Assembly: GCF_009914755.1 (NCBI RefSeq)
Contig: NC_060941.1
DNA from: the human T2T-CHM13v2.0 reference genome, Homo sapiens
Reading direction: 5' to 3' (one strand)
DNA length: 64,000 nucleotides
Positions 1 to 14,439 of this stretch are shown here, piece after piece (positions within the stretch are counted from its first letter, which is position 1; every line of letters begins with the position of its first letter). A program made the position numbers and the translations under genes. The notes beneath the pieces are model-generated. The model made no database searches. It saw only the letters and a program-made list of their open reading frames with translations, and was not told where the DNA came from.

Positions 1-536
1 AGGCAGCCTGAGCAGCGACTGAGCTAAAATAAAATCTTTGTTGCTTTAGGGAGGGTTGTCAGTGGTGAAGGTGAGGGGGCAGTGGCAGAACTGGAGGTAT
101 AGACATCACCAGGATGCTGATTTGCACCATTCAGTTCAGCAGGTGGTGGAAGGCATGCTCTGAAACCTGAAACCATCCTGGTCCCTGGCTGTGGACTGTG
201 TGTCTGTCCGTCCTGTGACATGGAAGTGCTTATGCTTCACGGAACTTTGGCTTAACTTCTGTTCAGAGCTCTGCTGGATATACATGGTTGTTTCTCTTGA
301 ACTGCAATTTGGTCAAAGTTTGCCCTCTTTTGTCCTCTTACCCTGATAAGTGGCAGATGGGCAGAGACTGCAGGACAAGGAAGGGGGTGGTTCTTTGTGT
401 TACAGCTAACAAATCCTATGATACCCACTCATATAATCATGAGTTCATATCATCAACCCATTAACTCTATGCATCACCAAGGAAAAGAAGAGGCACTGAC
501 TCCCCTCTCTTCTGTCTGCCTGCATGGGGCTTCATG

Positions 537-847
537 TTTTTTTTTGTTTGTTTTTTTTTTTTGAGACGTCTCGCTCTGTTGCCCGGCCTGGAGTACAGTG
601 GCGCGATCTGAGCTCACTGCAACCTCCACCTCCCAGGTTCAAGCAGTTCTCCTGCCTCAGGCCTCAGCTTCCCGAGTAGCTGGGACTACAGGCCTGTGCC
701 ACCACACTTGGCTCATTTTTTGTATTTTTAGTAAAGACGGGGTTTTGCCATGTTAGCCAGGATGGTCTCGATCTCCTGACCTCATGATCCACCCACCTCG
801 GCCTTCCAAAGTGCTGGGATTACAGACGTGAGCCACTGCGCCCGGCC
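537..847 (-). mobile_element. Alu (AluSc/Y-like), full length
   Basis: Poly-T followed by Alu reverse complement ending cccggcc; TSD tggggcttc at 525-533 and 848-856; internal gcctcag duplication. Confidence 0.95.
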
Positions 848-989
848 TGGGGCTTCCCTTTTAACCAGCCCTTCTTCTCTTCATGCCTCCCTGGTTCATA
901 TTAAACTTTGGAGGCTACAGAGAATGCAGATCATTCTAGACCTTGACCCTGGGTCCAGCAGAAGACTGACCTATCACTGGTCCAAACAT

Positions 990-1171
990 AGTGGTTCATG
1001 AAGAGTTGTCCTTGGACCTAAGAGCATTATTAGCATCATCTGGGAACTTGTTAGGAATGGAAATTGTCAGGCCTCTCCTCTGACCTACTAAATCCGGGAT
1101 TCTGGAGCCGGGACCCTGCGATCTGTGCCATCCAAGAGAGTGTGGTGCACGCTCAACTTTGAGAACCACAG
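990..1171. mobile_element. MER5A-like hAT DNA transposon
   Basis: gtggttc...agcatcatctgggaacttgttag...tttgagaaccac termini and core. Confidence 0.75.
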
Positions 1172-1446
1172 TTCAAATGAAAGCTGAAACTGTCATTGTG
1201 CTTTTTCCACCTCAGTCTCATGAGCAGCTTTACCAAAAAGTGTCCCAATGGATGGCTTTGAAAAACATAAAAGCTTCATAGACAGTTCAGTGATCACTGC
1301 CTTGTGAGAAGTCCCTAGACTTGGTTTTTATGTAGCTTTTCATTTCATTGAACTCAACATTTTCCAAACTGATTTGACTAAAGAATTCTTTACTCCTTTC
1401 AAATGCTCTTGGTGCTGCCTCATTATGCCCCAGCATTTTTTCTTTT

Positions 1447-1491
1447 TTCCCAAAGTGCTGGGGTTACAGGCATGAACCACCACCCCCAGCC
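1447..1491 (-). mobile_element. Alu 5'-end stub (~45 nt)
   Basis: tcccaaagtgctggggttacaggcatgaaccaccacccccagcc directly after a T-rich run. Confidence 0.8.
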
Positions 1492-1656
1492 TAATAATTC
1501 TGTTCTATAAAAGTGAGGGTTGTGGCCACAGTATTTTACAGCAAGAATGCTCCTCCTGGAAAGCTGTGTGCCCTAAGGAAGGAGGTAACTTATTCCAGAA
1601 GGGAGGGTGTGAGGGAAACAGTGGCAAGATTCTCCTGTTCCTGATGCACGAAGGCA

Positions 1657-1832
1657 TTACTTCTCAGAGTGTGGTCCCCAAAACAGCGGCATCCGCATCA
1701 CCAGGAGACTTGATAGAAGTGCAGACTCTTGAGCCCTGTCCTGGATCTTCTGAATCAGAAACTCTGGGAGTGGGGCCCAGCACCTGTTTTAAGCTCTCCT
1801 GGCTATGCTGAGGCACTCTCAGGTTTGAGATC
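1657..1832. mobile_element. MER5A-like element
   Basis: ttctcagagtgtggtccc...ctgaatcagaaactctggg...gtttgaga. Confidence 0.75.
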
Positions 1833-1989
1833 TGGGGTAAGAGGGAGGGAATGGAGCTAGACTCCACTCTTCGGAGGAAGAATGCTGAAGCCCTGAACAT
1901 AAATTGTGGGTAGAGCTGGGCGCCTAAGAGGTTTTCATTGAAGTCACCTGAATAAACTGAGCTTAGTTGTTCCTCCATTTACACTAAGG

Positions 1990-2324
1990 CAGTGGTTCTC
2001 ATTTCCGGTGGCACATTAGAATCACTAGAGAGTGCTTTAAAAATATACCTGCCTAAGCCCGGACCCCACTCAATTGAATCAGAATCTCTGGAGTTGAGTC
2101 TGAGGGTCTGCATTTTTAAAAACAAATTTTACTTTAAGTTTCAGCATACATGTGCAGAACGTGCAGGTTTGTTACATAGGTAAACATGTGCTAAGGTGGT
2201 TTGCTGTACCGGTCAACCCGTCGTCTAGGTTTTAAGCCCCACATGCATTAGCTGTCTGTTCTAATGCTCTCCTCCTCGTCCCCCAACTCTGATTCCAGCA
2301 CGCACCCAGGGTTGCAATCTACTG
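1990..2324. mobile_element. MER5B-like element interrupted by L1PA 3' fragment
   Basis: cagtggttctc...cacattagaatcac...gaatcagaatctctg; resumes at gattccagcacgcacccagggttgcaatctactg after the L1. Confidence 0.7.
2126..2287 (-). mobile_element. L1PA (PA7-PA13-like) 3' end fragment
   Basis: ttttactttaagtttc...gtgcaggtttgttacataggtaaacatgtg...tctaggttttaagccccacatgcattag is the reverse complement of the L1 3'UTR. Confidence 0.85.
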
Positions 2325-2554
2325 ATCCAGAAAGTGGCATTACAAAAAATCACGCTTTGTGTTGTCTTTGTATTTTCATAAATTTTTCCATTAGGCATTT
2401 ATTTTACCTATTTATATGAGACAAATTACATATTCATACGGAAAAAACACTTGGAAAATATAGAAAAGCTGAAAAGACAGAAGAAATAGCACTCGTGTTC
2501 CTACTATCCAAAGACATTTGTCTTTGATATGTTTGTGTGCTTTTTTTCTATCTT

Positions 2555-2576
2555 GTGTGTGTGTGTGTGTGCGCGC
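2555..2576. repeat. (TG)n(CG)n microsatellite
   Basis: tgtgtgtgtgtgtgtgcgcgc. Confidence 0.85.
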
Positions 2577-3313
2577 ACATGCACGCACTGGTTTGAATTT
2601 TTACAGCACTGTGATTCTGTTTAATGAACCGTTTCTGTCCATTTTTAAACTTAACATTATATCTGAAGTAGGCCTGTGCATTGTTATAGTTATACATACG
2701 ATTTTTAATACACTCTTTTGGTAACATGAAAGAAATGGTTTTTTCACATGTACATACTTTAGGAGGGCATTTAGGGAGGCCTTTCTTTTTTTACAATGCC
2801 TGTATTTCAAGCGTACTGCAAAATCCTATTTTGAATGTCAGAAGTAGAACATTAACTCGGTTCTCTTTGAATTTCTATCCACAATCCTAACCTGCCCTCT
2901 GTCTTTTCCTCCCCACAAAACCACAGGTAGATCTCTGCATTAAGCAGGCAGGGGATAGTGTCTGCTGCATAAAGTTAAAGAAGCGAAGCACGTATATATT
3001 TTCTCAGTATTTTGTAACCACCATTCTATTTGTCAGCCTCAGCTGCTGTCGGATTTCTCTGAAGTCACGAGCTGTAGTCCCACAGGTTGTGGTATGATTC
3101 ATAAACATTAGAAAGAAAAAACAAATGAATAATGGATGAAAGAGACAGAGGGAAGGTGAGATAAAGGAAAGAGTGGTGGGACAAATAGACTAAGGTTCTG
3201 GTGTACCTTGCGCTCAGCCAGAAATGCCAAAATCAAGCCGTGTATCTCGTTTGTTCTCCTATACTTTCAATGTAATGTAATGTTCCCAGGACTTTGTTCT
3301 TTGTTGCACAGTT

Positions 3314-3499
3314 TTATATACATATATGTGTGTATATATACTAATATACTAGATATATATATAAGTATATATACTAATATATACACACATATATGTATAA
3401 TATGTATATATAATTATATATGTGTATATGTATATATATTCAGTAATATATATATTTTTCATATATAATATATATTTTATATGTATGTGTATATATATT
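3314..3499. repeat. Degenerate (TA)n low-complexity tract
   Basis: About 185 nt of alternating TA/TG/CA ending ~140 nt upstream of the exon. Confidence 0.9.
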
Positions 3500-3637
3500 C
3501 TTGGCTGCCTCCACCTTCTGACTTAGCTGCTGGTTTGAAAACATGCACGCCATCACTGTTGGGTGAGATGCAGCTGCGCTTGTCTTCCATGTTGGTGTCG
3601 TGGATGCGCCAGGTAATTCTGCCCCATCTTCTTGCAG

Positions 3638-3733
3638 GGCATTATGGGAAGGATGCTTACCGAAGTGGAGGACCTGATCTCCATAACTTCATCTCATCTG
3701 GATTTGTCACATTAGGAAGAGGACACACCAAGG
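3638..3733 (+). CDS. SHISA6: SHISA6 (CKAMP52) internal 96-bp cassette exon (exon 3), cytoplasmic region; rest of window is flanking intron
   Basis: Acceptor ccccatcttcttgcag ends at 3637 and donor GTACAG starts at 3734. Length is 96 nt, phase 1-1, with no stop. The peptide GHYGKDAYRSGGPDLHNFISSGFVTLGRGHTKG matches my recollection of SHISA6 (...KQTP-GHYGKDAY...GRGHTK-GDRQYNHP...). Gene identity is from memory, not a search. Confidence 0.92.
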
Positions 3734-4843
3734 GTACAGTGGAAACCATTTTTTACTAAAATACAGAGGTTGCCTAGGGAACGCCATCTGAAATGAGAAG
3801 ATGGTGTGGAGGCCAGAGGCTTGTCTGGGACAGGAATAAGTGGGGTGGTTCCATGGCAGCTTGTCCTGGTGACATGCGTGGCTTCTGACAGGAGTTACTG
3901 GAGGTCACAGGTGTGACTTTAGAGGGCGATAGACTTCCAAGAGACACCCATCCCACTCCACCCATGGCGGGGACACAGATGCCGGCGGCTCCTTGTGGGA
4001 AGGGACCACAGGGAGTGTGGTGGAAAACTGCCGGTGGATGTAGCAGCATTTGCAATGTGTGTGTTCGCCTCTTGGCTATTATTCCTTTTCCTTTTGAAAG
4101 CTACATTTTATAAACCAATGTCAATGTTCTGTACTGTGGTATCTAAGCCGGTGTGCATGTGGAGAGTTTCAGCATCCTAAGTGTGTCTCCATAAACACTC
4201 TATGATGTGGACACAAAGGTAGAAGGTTATGCAGACCTTCAAGCCTCAAGATGAAAGCTAACCTAGAGTTTCTGCTGAGCTGCTTTACAACCTAGCTGAC
4301 AGCTTGCAGAGCATCTGTGCAGGGGGCATGGACTCCTCCTCAATTCTGTCTTTTGTTTAAACAAGGTCCTACGAGTGTTGTGAGCATTCTGTCACATCAA
4401 GAGTCACTGGATCCCTAACTCCTTTAATTACCGTCCCAACACCTGTGTGCTGTTATAGATCAAATGTGAATTCTGTTGTAGGGGTAGTGTATCCCTGTCT
4501 TCCCCTGAGATACGTGTCTTGTGTGAGTAAACAAGGAACTGTGCAATATTTTCTTACATTCCATGCACCTACTTTTTAAATTCCTTATGTGATGTTTGTT
4601 CATCCTATAGAGAAAAAAAAATCTGTATCTGTGTATGTATTTTCTGTTGTGTCTATTTGTGTCTAAATAAAGTTTATCGAGGATACAGGTGGCATTTGTG
4701 GCTACTAAGAGTTGCAGAATCAAACTGAGACCAGCTATCTCCAGAATGGGAAATGGACTTCACATTTACTCACTAAAAGATACATTCTGGGCCATAGTCT
4801 ATTAACTCAAACCTGGGATTGCTGGTCCCCACATCATCCACTT

Positions 4844-5336
4844 TGTGATTATTACCTAGCACTGTGAGACAATTTACTCTCAAACTTAGCGTTTTAAAAC
4901 AGTAATAAACATCCGTTATCTCACATAGTTCCTGTGGGTTGGGAACCTGAGTGCTTTGGGCTTGGAGTCTCATGAGGTTGCCATCACCACGTCAGGCAGG
5001 GCTGCCTCCTCTGAAGGCTTGACTAGGGCTGGAGGATCTGCCTCCAAGACGCTTCACTCACATGGTGCTGGATGTTGGCAAGAAGCTTCAGTTCCTCCCC
5101 GTGACATTCTCTCCCTGGGTAGCTGAGTGTCTTCACTGCATGGTGCCTGGATTTCCTCAGGGTGGGTAATCAGAGAAGGAGAAAGACAGAAGACACAGCG
5201 TCTTTGATGACCAATCCTATCAGTTGCACGCCATTACTTTTGCAATATCTTATTCTGAGTGGGTGGGAACTACACTGAGTTATGAATATCAGGAGCCGAG
5301 GATTGTTGGGGGCCAATTCGGAGGCCAGCTACCACA
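4844..5336 (-). mobile_element. MLT1 (MLT1F/G-like) MaLR LTR
   Basis: caaacttagcgttttaaaac...tctgaaggcttgactagggctggaggatctgcctccaag...ggccagctaccaca. Confidence 0.75.
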
Positions 5337-5539
5337 AGCCTACAAACCTTGGAGCAGAGGTGGAAATATGGATTTCCAAACAGAACACGGCAACTGTTAG
5401 GGAGGTTTCTCCACTGCAGTGGTTCCCCACCCTTTCCCCTACCCCTTACTCTTATAGGTGGTCCAACCCAAAACACCCAACACTTCAACCAACAGAACTC
5501 TTTATACATATAATAAATATGATGGCTTTGGGTTCATGC

Positions 5540-5870
5540 TTTCTTTCAACAAATATTTAATGAGGCCTGCTATGTGCTAAGCAATATTTAGAAGTTATGG
5601 AGTTTATGGAGTTCCTTACAGAACTCACATTCCACTGGGAGAAACAGACAAAATAAATTATTGACAATAAGTGCAAGGAGAAAAATTAAAGCAGGCAGCA
5701 GGGAGTGCAGTGGCAGGAAGCTGGTCTTCCCAGGGAAGGCCTCTCCAATAAGGTGGGAATTGGGGAAGTAGAAAGGAGGCCAGTCTGAGTACAGCAGGAT
5801 AAAAGAGGACCAGAGTGGAAAGAGAGAGGATCCAAGCCATAGGTGAGCCAGATCATGCATTTATCCAATA
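5540..5870 (-). mobile_element. L2 fragment
   Basis: ttcaacaaatatttaatgaggcctgctatgtgc...tcagggaaggcct-type L2 motifs. Confidence 0.65.
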
Positions 5871-6291
5871 GTGGACGTTAAACTGCTTCCAAATGAACTG
5901 GACTCCATCAGAGCCACATGAAGGTGATTCCCAATCCCTGTCTGTTCTTTCAGTCACTGCTGCTGGGGGCATCCAGGAGACCCTCCCCTGCCCATGCCTG
6001 TGGGGCTGTGCTGTGTCTGATGCTCCTTATCTCCCATCTTAATTTGTTCTGTGGCACCACCTGCCCCTCCTGTGCGTGCATTGCTTGTTCTCCCCATTCA
6101 CTATTTGTGCCATATTTTTCTCCCCGTTCCTTTCTCTACCAAGGCTTCTGACACCTTCTCTTTCCAGGAATGTACCTTGTGTGTATTTCCCTATTTAGAG
6201 AACAGCTAAAGTTTCAAGAACAAAGAATCTGGGTTTGAGGTTGGTGGTTGGGGGTAGTGGGTGCAGGCAGACTTCGGAAATGGAGATTCCG

Positions 6292-6601
6292 TTTTTTAGA
6301 GAGAGAGAGAGAGGGAGACAGGGTCTCACTCTGTTGCCCAGGCTGAAGTGCAGTGGCACAATCATAGCTCACTATAACCTCGAACTCCTGGGCTCAAGTG
6401 ATCCTTCCATTTCAGCCTCTTGAGTAGCTGGGACTACAGGCGCATGCTCCCATGCTCAGCTAATTTAATTTTTTTTTATTTTTGTAGAAACAGGGTCTCA
6501 CTATGTTGCCCAGGCTGGTCTCAAACTCCTGGCCTCAAGTGATCCTTCCACCTTCCCCTCCCAAAGTGCTGAGTTTATGGGATTGAGTCACTACATCTGG
6601 C
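6292..6601 (-). mobile_element. AluJ
   Basis: gacagggtctcactctg...atcatagctcact...ctcctgggctcaagtgatcc, AluJ-type right arm. Confidence 0.92.
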
Positions 6602-7063
6602 TTGAACTTCCCTTCTAATGTCAGGGACTCTTTAGTCCTCTGGACAGCTGGGATCTCTGGAAAAGGGCAAGGAACCATCCTCTCTTCCTTCAGAGCAAAC
6701 TAAGTTCAACTCTAAGTGCTAGCTGTAAGCAACTGGCCCCATGTAAATATCCCATGGAAGGGAACAATTCAGAAACATCTAATGTGGGGTCACTTTCATT
6801 TGTATGTGTTTAATTCTCTTTGTTTTATTTCTCTATCCTTTGTTTCAACTTCAGTGACTCTCTTTCTGGATCCTCTTCCTTTATTCCTTTTTCCCTCTTC
6901 ATCCAACATTTTCCTCCAGCCTCCTGGTGGCATCTAGCCATTGCGTTGCCCCATTTTGACTCTCAGGACTAAATGGGTAGCCAACACCTGCTTTGCAAGG
7001 TAATACCATTGCCCTACTAACCCAGATCACTTAATTTAATGTGTATTTCTAATCAGACTCTGA

Positions 7064-7553
<490 letters not shown>

Positions 7554-8194
7554 TAAGAATGCATATGGATCTGTCTGCTTTGTAACAAGATCCATAGTTC
7601 ATGGGTAATTAAATAGTCTCAAAGGAAGCCTGCAATAAACGCGTATTCTTTTGTTAGTGGGATTGAGAACGTGAGACCTTATAAAACATAGAATTCTGCC
7701 TGTGGGAGCTCCATATCCCTCAAAGGCCTCTACTGTCTCTCCCACCTGTTGGTAGAGCCTTCATTTTTGTCTAGAAGGTCCCACAGTGATTGGCCAACCC
7801 CCCAGGTTACATAGCACTACCTTAGGCTTCCCAGGCACTAGAATTAGTTCTGACACCCGTTTTCAGGACTTTCTAACTGAATGGCATACTCATTCTTTCT
7901 CTTATGATTCTTACTTTTCCTCTTACTATCTCCTTCTAAGTACCTGCTTCTGCATGTCTCCCTTTCTTGGTTCCTTTCTTTGACCTCCTGTTCATTCATC
8001 CCTCATGATAAATAGAATCTAGGGCTAAGATGCTGATCTGAATGACCATGAGTTTAGGCCAAGTTCCCCCTGAAATATTTTCTTCGTTAATTAGACAAGA
8101 TCACTCAGCCCCCAACACTGGAACCCAGAATGGTCTTTAGCAAGGCAAAGAGTCCTCCCAGGCTGCCACCATGAAAACTCAGTGATGAAGACTT

Positions 8195-8455
8195 CTATTT
8201 GCTGAGCATTTACTATGTACCAGGTCTTTACATACATACATACATACATAAATACATACATACTGTGTGCCAGTATCTTCCCCTTTACAACCACCCTGTG
8301 GGAGAGCTCGTTACCTTCATTTCATAGGCAAAAAGTGAAACTCAGAGCAGTTGAGCAACTTGCCTAAGTCAACATCAAGCAGTCAGTCTTGTTTTATTCC
8401 CAATCCAGGCCTGATTCTGAAGATCTGCTGCTGCTCACTGTGCTATCCTGCCTCT
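8195..8455 (-). mobile_element. MIR with (CATA)n insert
   Basis: tatttgctgagcatttactatgt...gctcagagcagttgagcaacttgcctaagtc. Confidence 0.7.
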
Positions 8456-9164
8456 CCAAGCTGCGGAGCAGCTGAGGTGGTGGATGGGCTGTGCTTCCAT
8501 GGGAACCACAAGTAGATGCTCAGTGGAAGATGACTCTTCTTATTAGAGGCACACATTTTGCAAGACAGGAAGTCATAAAAAAGATAAGCCAGGAGTTACA
8601 GCATGAACACTAGATTGGCAGGGACTGCCCTTCCTGGGAGAAAGCTCAGCCCCTTCAGATAGATTTTCAGAATCTGTCTAAATGAATACCCCTATGGAAA
8701 CCCTATTCGACTTTGGCAATTTGGTTAAAAACTCAGTCCGGCTGGTTGATTTTTGAGCCTGGTTGAAAAAGCCAGAGAATTCTTTCCAGAACCCCCACAT
8801 TTCAATATTGTCAATTCCAGTCGTTTCCACTGGGATATCCCTGGCCACACCAGGGTAAGTAAGGGGTCCTTACAGTGGTGGCAGCGGCAGTGGCAGATGT
8901 GCTCCCTGCAGCTGCAGAGTGAATGTGACATACAGGTCCCCATGGAGGTGATGATGCGAGTTACTGCCTGCCCTCCTCTGATATTTCTCACCACTCACCA
9001 GGTCCTTTCTGCCATGCTGGGAGCCAGATAGACGAGGGTGGGAGTTAGAGAGAGAGAGAGGAAGAAAGACCAAGGGAGAGAGAAAGAGAAATTTTTGAAG
9101 CCTTTGGTAAAAGAAAGGAGCTACAGTGATCGCTCTGTTGTAGGAGCGATTGCCCGTTTTTCCA

Positions 9165-11065
<1,901 letters not shown>

Positions 11066-11069
11066 GGGT

Positions 11070-11181
11070 TAGGGTGACCGACCATCCCGGGTTGCCCAGG
11101 ACTGTCCAGTTTTAACACTGAAAGTCCTGTGTCCTAGGAAAACCCTCAGTTTCTGGCAAATGAGGACAGTTGGTCACCCTA
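11070..11181. mobile_element. MER81 (hAT-Blackjack MITE)
   Basis: Terminal inverted repeats TAGGGTGACC/GGTCACCCTA, 112 bp, with internal actgaaagtcc core. Confidence 0.85.
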
Positions 11182-13008
11182 ATGGTGTGGGAGAAAGCTC
11201 TGCCAGTCTGGCTTCAAAGCATTTTTCACGATAACCTGCAGAACCCAGAGAAGTAGCATAAGGGTGCTTCTGCCCAGAGCTCGAACCGGCACAGCTCCAA
11301 GGCCCTAGGAAATATTGGGACTGCTCTGAGGTCACCTGGGAGATGGAGACAAGGCCAGAATGCAAGAAGCTGTTGGCCTGCGAGCACCTTTCCAGACCCC
11401 ACAGAACAACCCTGAACAGATCTCGTCATCCCATCCAAATAATGCTGTTGGGGACTGGTTTGGGTATGGCCATCCTGCTGCCCAGACAGGCACTCCATGG
11501 GGTCTAAGGCAGAAAGTTCAGGGGCTAAATGCTAAAAAAGGGGTGAGTGCATTGGAGCAGGTGATGAGTTCAAGGCTGGAAAAGTGACCATCCTGAGGCC
11601 AATTTAGGGGTCTCACTAACAAGGGAATCACAGAGGTGCCCCCTTGACTGTGCAAACCCACCGATCTGAGGAGGAGGAGCTGTGGGGCTGGAGGGATTCT
11701 AGACGCTAGGCTGATGGCACCTGCTATATCTGACTCTGAGAAGGGCATGAAGCCAGGCCTGGCTTATAAAATTCAGAAAACGCAGAGATGTTAGTCAGTG
11801 ATGATGGGGGTAAATAGTCTAACCAGCATAAGAGAGCAGGACAAGGGGAAGCAAGGATAAGAGCCTTAGTCCCTGGAATTGGTGGGGGATGTGAGAGTAG
11901 AAGATTTTTGAGGAGTGTGACTTTGGGAAATAACAATGGCCAGGGACTAACCATTAACGTGGGAGGCTGAACAAAGCAGAGAAGTTAATCAAAGCTGAGG
12001 TCAGGGACCTCCTCCAGCTGAGTCAGGTTTTATGTGGACTGTGGACATCCTACCCAACACTGCCTTCTGGTGCTGAGCTTGCTTTATCTCCTCAGCCCTT
12101 TCTGCAGCCCCACAGCTGATCTGATCCAGGGGCCGTGCTCACCACTCCCACCAGCCCATTTGTCTGGGTGCTGCTCATGGCCTCATGTGATACAAGATTT
12201 GAAATTAGGCCTTTTCTCCTAGGAAGAAAGTATGGATGTGTATGTGTGGGCCTCTGTAAAGTCACAGGCTGCCACCCCCACACCAGGATTTGGGCAAGAA
12301 CCCCAGACCAACAGTGGATTGTGGCAAGGAGATGTCTGAGGCATTTGACTAATAGAACCCTGCCTAGATATTTTCACAGTCCGGAGAGCCAGGGGAGTGA
12401 GTGGGTTTGAGTATACCAAGGTGTTTGAATGCTGGACTCTAGATAAAGCGCAGCACTCAGAAGGCGTCGAGTCTCCATGGCAACAGTGAGCTTTTTCAAC
12501 CCTGAGAGGGAAGCACAGGCTTATCTGGGAATGGACTCTGTGAAGCCAGTACCACCTGGGAGCCGTCTTTCTTGTGTGGCTCTATAGGTGAAGGGAGGAT
12601 GGGTAGGAGTGGGAGCAGAGCAGAGAGGAACTCTCGGGTTCTGGGCTGAGGGCACCAAAGATCTCAGCTGACTATTGGTCATTCGGATCTGCATATGTGG
12701 GACGGCACCCCTGTTTACTTCATGTCTGCTCACTCCTGATTAATGTCTGGATACGGAGAACCTGTCATTGCCTTGGTGTGCTCAGCTTTATTCAGTAGTG
12801 TTTCCCATGACCCTGGTTAGCACACACAGGCTCTCCCTAAGTCTTACCCTTAGGAAAATCTGCGGCATCGGTGTGATTCCATATGTTGTTAGAATCCAGT
12901 CAACCTCACACCATAGCTACTTGGTAAAAAAAATGATTGCATCAGAAGTAAAGATGGGCCTGTAGGAATGGTAAGTTTTATCTTCAACAGAACTACTGTT
13001 CAAACAAA

Positions 13009-13012
<4 letters not shown>

Positions 13013-13071
<59 letters not shown>
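13013..13071. repeat. Perfect (TA)~29 microsatellite
   Basis: Uninterrupted TA run. Confidence 0.97.
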
Positions 13072-13074
<3 letters not shown>

Positions 13075-14439
13075 AAAAAAGGTAAAAAAAAAAAACCTTT
13101 GAGAGTTTCTCAGTCGGGTAGTTCTGTTTGCAAGTTCAGCCATTTTGCCTAAGGGCAATGATTCTGCAAAACTCCCTTTCCCATATGGGTTCTGTTGACA
13201 AGGATACCCACCACCCTCCAGAAAGCAGAAAGGATGCTGTGACTCCTCAGTATGGCCCAGGACTCTGTCTCCAGCTGGATTCACAGCAATTAAGCCAGTC
13301 AGGTTGATATGAGGAGCAGGAGAGCACTAAGCACTCAAGCATGGGACAAGTTCCTGAGCCACCCACGGAGTCCACCTCTAAGGTAGCACCACCACATTTG
13401 CCCTCAGGAGACTCACTCATATCCCTGTTTAATGCTTGTTTGTGGGCCTGCTACCATTGGCCCATGTAGGTGGCAGGCGAAGCCACTGGGACAATCTTCT
13501 GGACTGGTGTAAGGAGAGGAGAGATAGTACCCGGCAAAGGAGGAGTGCCAGATAAACTGCAAGGCTGCTTGCTTGCGGAAGTTTCAGCTCTTACCTGTAG
13601 GGTACATGTATGCTTTCTTCAAAAGGGGAATAACTCAGGCATAGCTGGATCTCCCATGGCCCCCGGTAGGGAGCAAGAGAGACTTTAGGACACTGAGGGT
13701 CATGAATGTGTCCCATATTCCTCAGCATTCACCAGCTTGTCTTCTTTCTATTAGGCAGAAGGGGAGGCTCACGGGAAGTCTGTTATAACCCTAATCTTGG
13801 TGCTTTCTTTACCATCTCTTTGGGAGAGGAGAGAGGGCGGAGTTCTGTTTTGCCAGAGGCTGGCTTGCTCAGCCAGAGGTCTAGCAGCTCTGGGCTGTTG
13901 CTCTTCTTGTTTTCCAGTCCCTCGCTGGTGCCAAATCTGAGCTTTCTCTTGCCATGACCCTTGGGCTAGTACAATCTCTCCTCCTGGCACTGGTCTTGGC
14001 ACTGAGTGGTCATCTAAGTTGGGAATCTCCCCTTCTTATGTGCCAGCCCTTGGCATTTGCTTCCCTCATTCTCTACTGCTCACTGCCAAGAGTCTTACAG
14101 ACCCTGAAAGCTAAGCTATGGGGCTAAGTCAAACCCCAGGAAGGTGGTAGGAATGGCTTCTCTATGCCAGCTTGGGTTTGTGGCCAGGAGAAAACAGCCT
14201 CTCAATCAACAGTGGCCAGGATTCCATGGTGGCCTAGAAGTGGGGCAGAAGACTGGTGTTCTCAGGGCATCACTGTTTGAAACATAACTATATTCTGTGC
14301 AGATTATAAACATGGCAGAGTAAAGACATTTCAGCCTCTCTTGCCTAGAATCATGGCCTCAGCCTCAGTCTTACTCCACTCCAAATAGTAACGTAAATTT
14401 TCTTCATTCAGTGGTTGTTGGAAGAAGAAAACTGGTGAA

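Noticed and set aside
3610-3618. CAG|GTAATT 25 nt upstream of the exon as a recursive splice site or extra donor
   Set aside because: No polypyrimidine tract precedes this AG, and the GTAAT more plausibly supplies the branch point; no evidence without RNA data
3481-3759. 92-aa ORF as a standalone gene
   Set aside because: Only 3638-3733 is bounded by splice sites and matches SHISA6; the ATG lies in a TA repeat
8851-8860. Strong isolated donor-like motifs (cagggtaagt here and at ~42548)
   Set aside because: No convincing paired acceptor or SHISA6-like reading frame; such motifs are expected by chance in 60 kb of intron
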